Origin: Lophium mytilinum
Taxonomy: Eukaryota
Direction of reading: 5' to 3'
Length of the DNA stretch: 64,000 bases
NCBI GenBank assembly: GCA_010093605.1
Contig: MU004184.1
Coordinates: forward strand, 2,056,801 to 2,120,800
Of this stretch, positions 24,174 through 37,704 are shown piece by piece (position 1 is the first letter of the stretch; each line of letters opens with the position of its first letter). The notes under the pieces were generated by a model that saw only the letters and a program-made list of their open reading frames with translations, was not told the origin of the DNA and did no database searches. Both the position numbers and the translations under genes were made by a program.

Positions 24174-25335
24174 CTTTGACGTTTCTCCTAGCAGTGCTGT
24201 TATATTCTAGGCCGATTGATTCCCAAAGATGAGGCTCGAAATGGGTTGTAATTCGGTGCTACGTTGCTCTCCAGGCAGCGGTTCTGAGTCGCACAATGAC
24301 TTCACGGACAAGAGAAAAACGAGAAAATTTTTGAGAAAATGGCATTAGAGATATATAGAGTATAGAAAGGAACATGGACAGGGAGAGACGAGAAGGATGC
24401 GACTGCAGTGAAAGAGACACGAGGGATAAAGGCTGGAACTTCAGCCGCTCTTGGCTTGCTTCATACTTGCCCGTGTCTGGCAGGCTGTTCCACGCTTGCT
24501 CGTTTACGCGAGGAATCAATACCGCTCCGTAGCGCCATGCAGCAGCGGCGGTCCCACCAAGCTCGGACGACTTTTTACGGCAAGGAGGCGGTGCACGATG
24601 GACGGGGTTTGTGGCTGGGGAGGGCGTGGTGTTGAGTCTGGCCATCTGCTTTGCCATCGGGTTTCAGATCGTGGAATCGACGCTCGGCTAAAGGGGCTCC
24701 CGCACCTATCAAATCCCCGTGCCGTGCCCTTGGGTTTGAGAAGGGCCGTGTCCCACATGAAGAATAGAAGAGCCCAAAGGTGTTCTAAGGGCACGAAGAT
24801 GGACGAAAAGGTGGCAATAGCAGCAAGAGGCCAACAAATGGGTCGCCAGGGTGGATGCATATCGTGCCGAGCCGCCCTCACTGCGTCGGCACATGGTCCC
24901 GGATTGCTTGGAGGGCGCTTAGGGTCACGTGAGGCATCCCAAAATGATGAAGGCTCGGATCGCAGCCAACCACGAGCCCGCCATCCAACCCTGCTGCACC
25001 GGGCGGGTACTTGGCACATCACAGCACGCGGATAGGCACTGCGTCGGGCGCTTCGAGCAGGCCCAAGGGCCAAGCAGGCCGATTTCGACGTCTGCCCAAG
25101 ATTCAGTAGCGGCGCGAGTACGTAGACGTGCGACTATCGAAGCTGTATGTATGTCCTGGCGACCACTGCCCCGGAACTCTCTGACACTTCATCTCTCCAG
25201 TGCCTTCCGCCTCCTGGCACACAGCTGCTGCCGCCCATCGTCATCTCCCGCCTACCTACCCCGCGATACCACGCCACGTTTGAGCCCGCACTCGCGGCGA
25301 ACATCGCGAAACCACAACCTCATCCGCCTCCAACC

Positions 25336-28300
25336 ATGGATCAACGCAGGCAGGGCCGTCCGGAAGAGGAGCTGTTTTTCCGTCCCGCTGCAGAAGCTCC
25401 CGAGACGCCCACCGTCGGGCCCCTGAGAATCAACAAGGCCTCTCCTCCGCCTCGAGTCCCCTCTGCGAGCAGCGGCAGCGATGGTGGATTCTCGCGCCCT
25501 CCTCCTATGCCAGCCTTCCCATCGCCCCCTACAAACCCTCCCACAGCTCCTCTGCCGTATCCAGATGACCGCGCTAAAGATAAAGCTCCCTCAGGGCGCC
25601 CCGTATACACACCGCTATCAGCACAGGAGCGGGCATCGCGGAACGCCACGCCTCCTGAGAATGACGAAAGACGACGACGGTCAAGCACTACGCAGCCTTC
25701 AGGGGGCTCGCCGCGCACAAAATTCAGCGCCGACGATCCGAACAGGCCTACATTGTCAGGTTACGGTCACGCACCGCGGGCGGGCGAGGGGCGCGAGGGG
25801 GCTTTTCAACCATCAAAGCTAGCAGAGAGGCGTGGGACTGTCCCAAAGCCTCTCCCAGACTCCCCAGGCCCAGAGACGCCAGAGAAGGAGAGCTTGTTCC
25901 AGAAGCAGCCTGTCCGGCAAGGCTCGGTCCCAGGAGAGGTGCCAAACCCTTATCCAGACTACCATCAACAATACTGGCCACCTCCCGGGGGAAATCCTGT
26001 TTCGCCGCGAGGTCCCGCGCCAACTCTCAAGATTCCAAACCCAACCGGTATCAACAGACTGAGTTCTACAGCATCGACCTCGACTACCAGAGCGCAGAGG
26101 GGATCACCTCCCCCTCCGGAGACCCCTATCATTCCACCCCCGAGTGGTGGTATCGAAGCTCGATTTGCAGCCGCCGGGATCGCTGGAAACTCTACACTTA
26201 CCAGTCTTCAGGCGCAGAATCTTCAGAATGCCGCGGCAGCACAGCGTAACCAGGTGTATGCAAACTCCCAGCCTAAGGCTACTGTCTCATCGCCTCCCCC
26301 AGCTCAGCAACAGCCCCCGCGAAGACCTTGGACGCCTACCGAACAGCCTGGAAGCCAGCCACATGGCCCACCGACTGTTTACCAAGGGCCAGATGAAGTC
26401 AACGATCCGCTCCCTGAACCGGTATCTGCGCCTCAGTCTGTGGCCCGATTCTCTCCACCGCCAGCAGCAAGTCAGGTGCCCCCCGAGCATCCGGTACAGC
26501 AGGACTTGTCTCGAATGCACATCCACGATGAGCCTCCCCCGGCCTATTCGAGTGTTCCACAACAACCTGCAGGGGGGATGTCGGCACAAGGCTATCCTAA
26601 TGAGAAACGCAACACCGTTATCAATCAGCCCACGCCTGCTCCTGCTGTTATGAGCGATCCCAGCGTTCAAAACCATCCTGCTTTTGCAAACGATCCTCGC
26701 CAGCCGAGCAGATCAACTCCCCAGCCCGGAGGATCGGTTGGCATGACTCCTGTCCAACACCCCAATGCCTCACCTGGGCCAGGGCCAGCTTCTCCGCCTC
26801 CACTACCGGAAGGCTGGATCGCACACCTTGATCCTGGCTCTGGGCAATACTACTATATCCATCTTCCCACACAGTCAACACAATGGGAATTCCCCAAAGG
26901 ACCCACACCGTTGAATTTAAATGAGCCCATGTCTCCCACGGGTACTTTCGTCAATCCCTTGGCTTCGCCAAGTTTTGGGCCAATGGGTGGCAAGACACCA
27001 ATGGCTTCGCCTGGATTCCCTCCACAGTCGGCCACGTATCACGGCGATATGATGAGCATGGCAGGCATTACAAGCCCAACCGCTTCAGGCTTCACGGGCC
27101 CGCCTCCAGCCGCTGGCGTCGACATGTACAAAGTTGCGCCCACCAACAATGTCTACTTTGGGCCTTATTTGAGGTACACCAATATGGATATTGAGCGAGG
27201 GTTGTGGCTTGGGTCAATTCTTCTCGTAACAAATGCACCCCAGCCCCCCACCATCCACATCCATCAAAGTTTGGATCTCTCTCCAAATCCCCGACAACTC
27301 AAGGCAAATCCTATCTTCACCCATCAGACGTGGATATTCTACAGATATGACGTGGATCTGAGAATGGAGGACGATCGCAGCGCCAAGTGGACCTATGCAA
27401 TTACGTCTCATCTTGGGTGTACGCGGTTCGAATTCTTAGTTGCGGGACGCCATGAAACAAGTTGGCGGTTCATTGCACATTCTGGCAATGACTTTGCCCT
27501 CAATGTCAACGCAAACGAGAGATCTAAGCTTGGCGGCATTGGGTTCATGTGGAAAGACATTCTCCAGAAGAACGCTGAATGTGGTGGGTTCCACGTGCAA
27601 TTAGGGTTAGGAGATCAAATCTATGCGGATCGTCTATGGAAAGATATTCCACTGCTGAAACAATGGACGGCCACAAGCGGGAAAGAGAACAGAAAGAACG
27701 CCCTATGGACAGCGAAGCATGAAGAAGAGGTTTCGCATGCCTACTTCCACTACTACACGAGCCATTTTGATCAACCGCATCTGAGAGAGGCCTTCGCTCA
27801 GATCCCACACATCCTATCTCTCGATGACCACGACATTTTCGATGGCTTCGGATCGTACCCTGAGTACATGCAATTCTCAAACATGTTCAAGAACATTGGA
27901 AGGATCGGTATCGAGATGTATCTTCTCTTCCAGCATCATACTACCCTGGAAATATTGCGAAACGTCGGTAACGACCAAGACCTGTTCACCATCACCGGAA
28001 CCGGATGGCATTTCCTCAAGTATCTAGGACCTTGTGTTGTGGTAGTTGGGCCAGATTGCCGATCGGAGCGAAATCCACATCAAGTGATGGCAGGGCCTAC
28101 GTATCAAGGAATCTTCCCCAAGGTGGCTACCCTTCCGCCCAGCGTTCAGCACTGCATCTGGATGATTCCCGTGCCCCTCATTTACCCCCGCCTGGAATCT
28201 CTAGAAACGCTGGGTAACACGGTGGCGACTGGAAAGAAAGCCGTTACTGGAACCTTCAACATGCTAGGGAAGGTGACTAGCTCTGTTGCAGGTGTCGTTG

Positions 28301-29085
28301 GCGCCAAATCGGTCGTCGGCGAAGGTTTCAGCTCTGTCAAGAAAGCTATCGGCAAGTCGGGTCTGATGAGCGGAGTCCTCAGTCCATTCGGGGATATCGA
28401 TATGCTCGACGAATTACGAGATCAATGGACGCATGAATCGAAGGTGAGCATCACGGACGCTTCGATTTTGGCTTGTATGCTGACTTTTCTCAGGATCTAG
28501 AACGCACCTACCTCATTCGGACACTGCAGGGTATCGCGCATAACAAGTCACTGCGCATGAGCTTCTTCTCCGGTGGTAAGTTCTCTATGTGTCTCTGAAA
28601 TCGATTCAATGTTAATCCATCTTTCAGGTGTTGACTGCTGTGGCGCTGGACTTGTCCATGATCCCTCAAAACCGCAAGATCACAAAACAATGTACCAGAT
28701 AGTTTCGTCATCAGTCGTGAACGCTCCACCTAGCAACTACGTCCTCCGGCTACTACACAACAACAAAGCTCTCTACATTCCCGCGAACGGACACCGCAGC
28801 ACTCACACGCCATCAGACACCAAGGAGGACATGATGGAGATCTTTACTCAAGACGTAAATGGCGCGGCTCGCGAGTTGAAGCGGCTCATGGGACGCAGGA
28901 ACTATGTCGCCTGCGTAATCTACGATCCTGAGATTGTCAACGGGACTTTCGGACAGGCAGTCCCAGGCCATGGTGGTGGAAAGCTCAGTCTCGCAGTTGA
29001 CTTTATGGTGCAGAACGACGGTCCATACGCATCGCCAATGAAGTACGGGCCCGTCATTATTCCCAGCTTGGAGTATGGTCGTTAG
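25336..29085 (+). CDS. WW-domain / PhoD-like metallophosphatase-domain protein
   Basis: WW domain LPEGWIAHLDPGSGQYYYIHLPTQSTQWEFP. PhoD-like GDQIYAD, DDHDIFDGFGSY and SGG|VDCCG. Introns ~28444-28493 and ~28576-28627. Confidence 0.88.
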
Positions 29086-29396
29086 GAGGGTATCTTTCTG
29101 GGTTATGCTTGCTTGGTGTTTGGTCGCAATTAGCGTGGCATAGCCAGTCTTGTACTTTCTTCTACATATGGGGGATGTTCGGAGCGTCAAGACTATGGGT
29201 AGACAGCGAAAGAAATTCAATAACACAATAATGCCTAAATTTGATCTGTACGACTGCTTGAAGTTCTTCTATACATTTTTCTGTACTTGTAGCGGGATCT
29301 GATCTTTTCTCGTTTTGGCACGTGATCGCCGATGCCGGCTTCTTTTGGAGCTTGAAGCGCAGTCTTGTCCCGCCTTCGAAAGTTACACGCTACAAC

Positions 29397-30360
29397 ATGG
29401 CAACTTCAGCAATACAAACGGCGGCTATACCGCGCTTTCTACTCCCTAAGTTAACGTGGGCCTCGACATCGGTCAGCCCTGCGATTTCCGCCGGACTCCT
29501 CCAGCCAAATCGTAACCGGAGCTTCACAACAGAGTCCAGAGCAGGCGCACGGCATGCTCCTCCCAGAGGCCCAAAGTCCACCTGGATCAGAGGCGCATCA
29601 CTCAATTGCGGCATCATATCAAAATTTCTACCGACCCCACGACCTTCAGAGATGCTATCGACTCTAAATGCGCAGCGCAACTTTTCCTCCACAACGCGTC
29701 AGGCGCGGGACCACCACTTCGACACGCTCAAATTCGTGCAGCGGTTAAAAGGCGATGGCTTCACGGAGGAACAAGCAGTGGCCATGATGAAGGTGTTGAG
29801 CGATGTCATAGAAGAGAGGTAAGCTTCCCAGACCATCCGATCTAAAGCGTATGCTAACACGGCGCAGCATCCAAAACCTCACGCGCACGATGGTGCTCCG
29901 CGAAGACCAGGAGCGCGCGACCTACACGCAGAAAGTCGACTTTGCGAAACTGCGCTCAGAGCTGCTGACGGCCGACTCGACGGAATCGTCCCTCACGCGC
30001 GCCTCGCACGAGCGGCTCACGAATGAGCTGACGAAGCTGAATTCGCGGCTACGAGATGAGATACAACGGACGCAGGCATCTGTGCGGCTGGATCTGAACC
30101 TCGAGAAGGGGCGGATTAGGGAGGAGGCGAATGTGCAGGAGCTGAAGATTAAGGAGACGGAGACGCGGATTGAGCAGGAGACGGCGGTGCTGAGGGAGAA
30201 GCTGGAGGCGGTCAAGTTCTCGACGCTGCAGTGGCTGATGTATGTGGAGAATTTCATTGTGTTCATTCTTATGGCGATATGAAAGCTAACTGTTCTATCT
30301 AGGGGTGTCTGTACCGGTACGGCGGCGCTCATGCTGGGTGTGTGGCGGTTGTTGATGTAG
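29397..30360 (+). CDS. Mitochondrial DUF1640 / CCDC90-MCUR1-Fmp32-like coiled-coil protein
   Basis: HHFDTLKFVQRLKGDGFTEEQA, RLDLNLEKGRIREE and a C-terminal TM segment (LQWLMGVCTGTAALMLGVWRLLM). Two introns. Confidence 0.88.
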
Positions 30361-31510
30361 AGGGTGTATTCCTTGCTACAGTGCTAAAGGACGTACCTCT
30401 CTGGAAGTTGAGAGAGCATCTCTTACTGCAGCATATCCTTCGTACAACTGTATTATCCAACTGTAGGTTATCAGGATACGGATGCTCTCCTCTGACCTCA
30501 TCGCGGTCGGTGGCAGACAACCAATCCCTGCAGTATCAAACATCGCGCATGACAGCCGGTGCACAGCGTTCTCAAACGCGTGATTCGACCAGAGTCAACG
30601 AGAAGAACATGCTGGGATAACAGGCAGCAGCCTGGTGGGGGTGTAACGATACGAACTGCGGCGGCGTGTAACGATAGACAGCCTTCTTCCTTGTGCAGTA
30701 CATAAATACCACGCTTCTGGCATCAATTGCCGTAAATGCCTCAAAGCGGCAATAACACATTGGGGCCGTGACGATGGCGTAGAATCACATCGAAACACGC
30801 ACCTGAGACGCCTGGCCGTGGGCTCTCCGACCCAGCTGAAACACACGATACTGCAATACCCGTGACGGTGACTGAGCCGCGAGATTACACGAATCACGGA
30901 GCGATGCGGGTGCGTTTGCTGGCAGCGTTGCCAGGTTTTTTTTTATCGGGGTGGTGCCCAACAGATGGCGGTTCACAGCCCCCTCCTCCTCTGCTATGGT
31001 GTTGCCAGCCAACAGAGGGCGCCCAAAGAAGGCTATCCGCTGGGCCCTATCAACGCGTGACTGGTGTAATGGCTGGGCCTCTGCGCAGTCCACGTTCAGT
31101 GGAAGCAATGGAGCGCTGTGGAGGGCTCCAGAGGCAAAGCAGACGGCCTATCGTCTCGCGCTTGCACAGGGCCGATGTGACGATGCCGGAGCCAGCACGG
31201 CGCGGGCAGGGCGATGCCGGGGGCGGGCATCTGCTGCAGCAAGCAGTAATGCAGCAGCAGTGGTGAAGGGTCGCGGGGCGCGGGCACTTGGGCAATAATG
31301 GCACCGGTGAAATGGTGTTGGCGGCGTTTTGTTGCGGTGCTTGTGGTGCTTCGCTGCCACCCCTCTCTCTTCGCTAAGCACTGAGTGATTCAAAACAAGC
31401 GTCCTCCTACTTCTTCAACAGACACCACCCTCTATCCACCCCGAACACCAACAACAACGCCCTCCCCCACACAACCCACACTCACACTCACATACTCTAC
31501 ACCAGTCAGA

Positions 31511-32852
31511 ATGGCAACTGAAGTAAGTCCCCGCCCCCAGCAGCATCCACACCCGCCGCCTCCTCCACGGCGGGATGCCCCTCTGGGCGCTTGCCATGTC
31601 ACGATAGGCCTCAATGCTAACCTCGTCCCAGCGCGAGAGGTACCCGGCGCCCCCATGCCCCGCCTGTCGAGCCTCCCATTGACCTCCCCAACAGCAAGAC
31701 TTTCCTCGCGCGGCTCTGCGAGCAGGCCGAGCGCTACGATGGTGAGTGTCGGCCGTCCGCCAATTCCTGCCGTGCATCGCGTGCTGACTTTAGTCCTCTA
31801 CAGAGATGGTCACGTACATGAAGGTTAGTGATCTCCGCGTCCTCGAATGTGCTGAGTGCATGGCTGACACGCTCGCAGGAAGTTGCTAAGGTAGGCCTAT
31901 CCCACCGCATCCGATCACGCCAGCGCCGCCCCTCAATGCAGCGCTGCTTATCGCCGTGTCCTAACAACTTTCCCAGATCGGCGGCGAGTTGACCGTGGAC
32001 GAGCGCAACCTTCTCTCCGTCGCCTACAAGAACGTCGTTGGCACGAGGCGTGCGTCGTGGCGCATAATCTCGTCGATCGAGCAGAAGGAGGAGTCCAAGG
32101 GCTCCGAGAAGCACGTCGGCACCATCCGTGACTACCGCCAGAAGATCGAGACCGAGCTCGAGAAGGTCTGCCAGGATGTCCTCAACGTGCTCGACGAGTC
32201 TCTCATCCCCAAGGCCGAATCTGGCGAGAGCAAGGTCTTCTACCACAAGATGTACGTGCATCCGGCCCCATCGGCCCTCGCAGCCTGAACGCAGCAATAG
32301 CGTCTTATCAAATACTAAACAACCGTTCTCTACAGGAAGGGCGACTACCACCGCTACCTCGCCGAGTTCGCCTCTGGCGAGAAGCGCAAGGTTGCTGCTA
32401 CCGCCGCACACGAGGCGTACAAGGTATGATGCAATCACAGTGACAGCGTCCCATCGCGAGACTACCCGGCTGACCGTCGCACACAGACTGCTACCGATGT
32501 CGCCCAGACTGAGCTCACCCCCACCCACCCGATCCGCCTCGGTCTCGCGCTGAACTTCTCTGTCTTCTACTACGAGATCCTCAATTCACCCGACCGCGCT
32601 TGCCATCTTGCCAAGCAGGCCTTCGATGATGCTATCGCCGAGCTCGACTCATTGTCCGAGGAGTCCTACCGGGACAGCACGCTCATCATGCAGCTGCTCC
32701 GTGACAACCTCACCCTCTGGACGTCGTCGGATGGCGCCGAGGCTGAGCCCGCGAGCGAGGCCCCCAAGGAGGAGAAGGCTGCTGAGCCTAAGGAGGCTCC
32801 CGCTGCTGCCGAGACGACCGAGGAACAACCGCCTGCTCCGGCCGCCGCTTAG
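31511..32852 (+). CDS. 14-3-3 protein, 8 exons
   Basis: [113 protein letters not shown]. Confidence 0.97.
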
Positions 32853-33895
32853 ACGTGCCCAATCTCAATCCTACGGCTATCTGTTTCCTAGTCGAGCACG
32901 CCGGGCAAGCAAACGGGTGGATCATCTCGCAGGAGACATCTCAAGGACAGCAGGCAGGACAGGAACACGATGGTCGGGTCGTCACGGCGCGAGTCGATTG
33001 GAGTTTGTTTCCTTGTCTTGAAAATTGGTACAGTACACTAGCGGCTCGGAATTTACCCTACGAATTGTCATGCCTGTTTTCATTCCAGATGCCCCCCAGC
33101 ACCTCCCTGCTGTTTGTTTGTCCTCCTCTCTTACACCCGGACTTCTCTTAGTCTCCCTGCTGTTTTTGCGGTTTGCCCCTCCTCCTGTGTTTCCTTTCCT
33201 TTTCTATTCCCACAAACCTTAAACCAAACACAACCACAAACGACCCCAGTTCCTAACGGATTAAAGGCACTTTGATGGACATATCACATCTGGCTGTAGC
33301 GGTTTCTTTCTTCTTGTAGTGTGTGTGCTATTGGAGAAGGCGTAAGGGAGATGGGCGGCCGGTATGCTATTGATGCAGATGCCTTCTCTCTTTTAGCCTG
33401 GTCAGATCTTAGGCTGCACTTTAGAATGGACTGCTGGAGATACTTTTTCCGTGGTAGTGTCTTGCATGTGATAATGTGGTGATTTACACTGTCTGGTTTT
33501 GAGGTGCTCAATCGTGCAGTGAGATGTAGTTAAGTGTTATATAAAGATAGCTATAAACTACCTCACATCTCTACTCATCCTCATAAAACCGACTCTCATG
33601 TTCATCCTCTATCATCCAGATAAGACGGCGTTGGTATTGTTCTCAACCCCGCTCACCCGCCAACCTAAAAAATGTTGCCCCACCAACGCCACCGGGACAG
33701 ACTTCGTACCCAAGAACTCTAGCTACATGCCACACAATTCTTCCCTCCCAAACCTATCTCAAACTTTCGACATATCTCAGCGAAATGCCGCTTCGATGAC
33801 CCGTCCTAACCTCTCGATACCCAACCACGACACCTCAGACATGCGCCTGCGTCCATAACCCACCTCCAACGCGTTGACCGAAGAGAACCGCCGCA

Positions 33896-34507
33896 ATGGC
33901 CCGCCACCACAACACGACGCTCGCCATCTACCCAAACGCCTACGCCGTCCTCGCCCTCCCCTCCCCCTCCGAAGGCGCCACCACCACCACCGCTATACCC
34001 GCCGACGAGGTGCGGAAAGCCTTCCGCGCCGCGCTGCTGCGTTGGCATCCCGATAAAACCGCCGCCAACCCCGGGAACACAGCTATACCAGCGAAAGAAG
34101 CGGGAAAAGAGGCCCCGGCATACTCCGTCGACGACATCACAGCCGCCTACCGCACGCTCTCCTCCCCCGTGCTGCGGCGCGAGTTAGACGAGCATCTGGC
34201 GACGCATTTCGCGGCGCTGCAGTTGGGAGCGAGTGGGAGGGGGCAGGGCGAGAGGGGGTGGTTGGCCGGGTTGGAGGTTGTGGATTTGGAGGAGTTGGTG
34301 TTTGAGGAGGAGGGCGGCTCGCCCACCGAGGCGGTGTGGTATAAGAGCTGCCGGTGTGGCAGTAAGCGGGGGTTTGTAGTGCGGGAGAGGGAATTGGAGG
34401 AGGCGCTGGAAGGGCAGGCGGAGGGGGCGAAGGCGGGGGAGGTGTTGGTTGGGTGTCGGGGGTGTAGTTTGTGGATAAGGGTTGGGTTTGGGGTTGTGGA
34501 GGGGTGA
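33896..34507 (+). CDS. DPH4: Diphthamide biosynthesis protein 4 (J-domain + CSL zinc finger)
   Basis: J-domain with WHPDK, followed by VDLEEL, SCRCG and GCRGCSLWI. Confidence 0.88.
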   Translation: MARHHNTTLAIYPNAYAVLALPSPSEGATTTTAIPADEVRKAFRAALLRWHPDKTAANPGNTAIPAKEAGKEAPAYSVDDITAAYRTLSSPVLRRELDEHLATHFAALQLGASGRGQGERGWLAGLEVVDLEELVFEEEGGSPTEAVWYKSCRCGSKRGFVVRERELEEALEGQAEGAKAGEVLVGCRGCSLWIRVGFGVVEG

Positions 34508-34957
34508 TGGGGATGGTATATCAGGAAGGGAGGAGGCTTAATGCTCTGTTTGGGTAGACTCGAAGCGTTGGGCAAGGCGCATGGAGGATACGTTTCATGA
34601 CGGGATTCGGAATAGATATCAGCTACAGGGTATACGGAAACTACATGGCTTTTTGGGATAATAAAGTATCCAGAAACCCTTTCCTCTCGAGCGCCCCAGC
34701 CCAGCTATCATTGACAGTCATAGACTTATACATGCAATCGTGTCACTTCTTCCCTTGTATCCTAACTCCCAAGCTCTCCGGAATACGGACGCCGAGTCTT
34801 TGTTGATACGCCTTGCTCCATCAATAACGTGAACGTATTTTCGTGAAATGTCATGTCGCCTGTACTCCGAAAAGAGAGCTGATATACGATGAGATGCCGA
34901 CACGGAGCGAAACAAATGAGATGAAATATATGGTAGGCCGTGATTAATGGATCGTTT

Positions 34958-37704
34958 CTATGACGGCAGCCAGAAGGAGAGGAGGAATTGAGCCGTAAGT
35001 CGTGAGCCATATTGCCCTTGGTTTTCCTGGGCGATGCTAACATGCTGTCTCCTGTAGAGGTAATCGCCTAAACACCACGAGTTAGCATACATTGCTAAAT
35101 TCGCACTTCGAGTCGCGGAAGTACTCACTATTCTCCGTAACCAATCCCGCGACATCCCTCACAAACTTGATAGCACCCGCATCCTTGAGTTTGCTCATCC
35201 AGTCAATCTCCGAATCCTTGAGCGGGTTGTAGCTGCGATTATACTTCCACCTGAAAATAGCCATCACAAACGCGAACTGCTCGTCGATGTCCTTGCAGGC
35301 GAGCTCGGATTGGGCCTTCGCTTCCTGCGGCAGGATCTCCAGGCTGGCGGCGCGCGTCTCCATGACCAAATGGATTGTCTGCTGGTTATCTTCATGCGCC
35401 ATTGCAAGGCCGAGGATAGCGCAGAATGCTGCCGTCCACTTATCGCAGCCTTTGCTGCTTTTGAAGATCTGCTGAAGCTTGTTCAGCACATTCTGCATGA
35501 TCGTCTGCTGCAGGCGACAGAAGAAGTACTTGAGCTGGCGGTTCGTCATGCGCGGGCTGCAGAACTCCTCAGCGTAGATGCCAGGCTGGTAGCTGCGGAG
35601 CTTGCGGAGACTTTCCTCGCGGGTGTCCTCGGCGATGGTAAAGGTGCGGGCCATGATGTAGGTGACGACGACGAGCTTGAAGACTTCGCGGAGAAGCTTC
35701 TTCTCATCTTCGGCCTTGGGCTTTAGCTGCGTCATCATGAGGAAAAGCTTGAGCTGGAAGTCGTGTTGCTCGTATCCGAGATGATTGTGTGCGAAGACGG
35801 GGAGGTGCTTGTCAACGATCAGGTCGATGTATCGATCGTACTTTTGTTCGTCTTTGTGGTTGATCTGCACCATGCCTAGCGGTGGTGAGCGCTTCTCTAC
35901 ACGCGATTGGTCGCCGGTGTATTGATCGGTGATGTATTGGAATTGCCGTAGTAACTCGTTCGTTTTTGGTGTAAATTCGTAGACTTTGACGGGGAACTCT
36001 GGGAGCCCTTCGCCGCAGCTCATTCGAAGCGAAACCTCGGTGTTGGACCACTGGTGGATGTGTAAGGCAACAAAATTTGTGAGTTGGCTATCCTCGTGCA
36101 TCGAAGTCGTGATACCTTTGTGGAGAGATTAGCATGGCGCTTGAAGTAGGGGGTGACGGAGTCCCATACTTGGAAGGAAGTAGCATGCGAGCTCCCAAAG
36201 ACGCACTCGGCTACATCCTAGCCCGCAGTCGGTATTGGGTCTCATAGATCGTTTCAAGCAGCGTTCGCAGATGTCGCCAGGGCCACACTAAAATCACATG
36301 TTAGCCTAAATGCATTCGAGGACCAGCGCAACTACATGCTTACTTTATCTCGTTGAAGAACGCAATGCCAACATGCAACAACCTTCCGCATATCATGTGC
36401 ATCCTTTGCAACTTCTGGCCTGAGATGGGATCCGAGTTGTCTGCCACCAGGTCTGTTTGCTTGTTGTCTCGAAGTCCTACTTCGAGCGGGTTCCGGTCCG
36501 TAGGTTATCGGTGCTGCGTATTGCGAAGTTGATATAGAAGCGTTACTGCTTGTTGGCGCAGGCGAGGGCGAGTTCTTGAGATGTTCTGGTGGTTGGAAAG
36601 AGTCCATGTTTGCGCCAGGATCTGATGGCTGATAGGAGGAAAACACGCCCTCCGATCCAGGAGAAGGGCCACCCTGAGCCGAGTACGGGCTCGTCGGATC
36701 CGGGTATGGAGAAAGACGCGGCATGACACCCGTTGACGCAGCATCTGATGGCGCCCTGCCTAACGAGCTCTGGGCATACGCGTTGGGGACTATAGGAGAC
36801 TGTCTGTACGTGTATGGATCCGGGTGAGGTCCAGAGATGGACACTTCCATTTCCACGGAGGCCATCTGGTTGTCGTAGCCATATCCAGTGTTGAGCGGGA
36901 AGTCATTTGGTGAATGGGGAGATACCAGGAAACTACTGAAATCAGTAGCAGTAGGCCAGTTATTGCTGCCCAAGCTGATTGAAGACTCTGGGTCGAAGAG
37001 AAGTGAGTCGGAATTTGAGACAGTTTCGTTTCGCAAATGGCCAACAGCAGACCAAGGCTCCTGTTGCGGTGACTGCTGGGTGAACGTATTGGCGTACATC
37101 TGGTTGTATGCTGGATGAGATCCCATGTGGCCAACATTGCTAGTTTGCAAGGGCCTGGAAGGCATCTGCCTTGGTATAGACACAAACGAATTCTGTGAGT
37201 CTGGTGACTTGATTAGCATATGCATCGAGAGGCGTTGTTCGACGGAGGCACACCATGACCAAGGTAGTTGAACGCGGTCGCATCCTGGCCAGAAATGTCC
37301 ATCGGGTGGGACTGGTCCTGCCTCGGACGAGGCTCCATGGCTTCAAATTGATAAAAGTTGCGCAAAGACTCTGAATCCAGCAGGTCTAGGTCTAGCTCAA
37401 AGGCCTCATTATCGGGAGTCAGAGCTGAGGTTGGCGATGTTGATAGACTTCCTGGATGGTTGATCTCATGCCAGTCCATCTCTTCGGAACCCTGGGAGAC
37501 GTTGCGGCCCCGGACGGTATTGATAGGACCGGTCCTCACAGGGGAGTAGGCCGTGTTAGTCACCAGGGTACCTGTAGCCGCCGAATTAGGTGGGCCAGCA
37601 CTCGGGACTGATCTTCCTAAGCAAGAGTAGCCAGTTTGAGGGATATGCGGGTAGAGATCCTCTGTTTCTATTTTCCAACATGTATTATAATCGACGCCGG
37701 CCAT
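34958..37704 (-). CDS. Zn2Cys6-like transcription factor with internal zinc cluster; multi-exon
   Basis: RKVVACWHCVLQRDK|CGPGDICERC..CGLGC across an intron near 36.3 kb. C-terminal helical domain ORF 35082-36101 and last exon ending at TAG 34958. Start codon uncertain. Confidence 0.75.
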
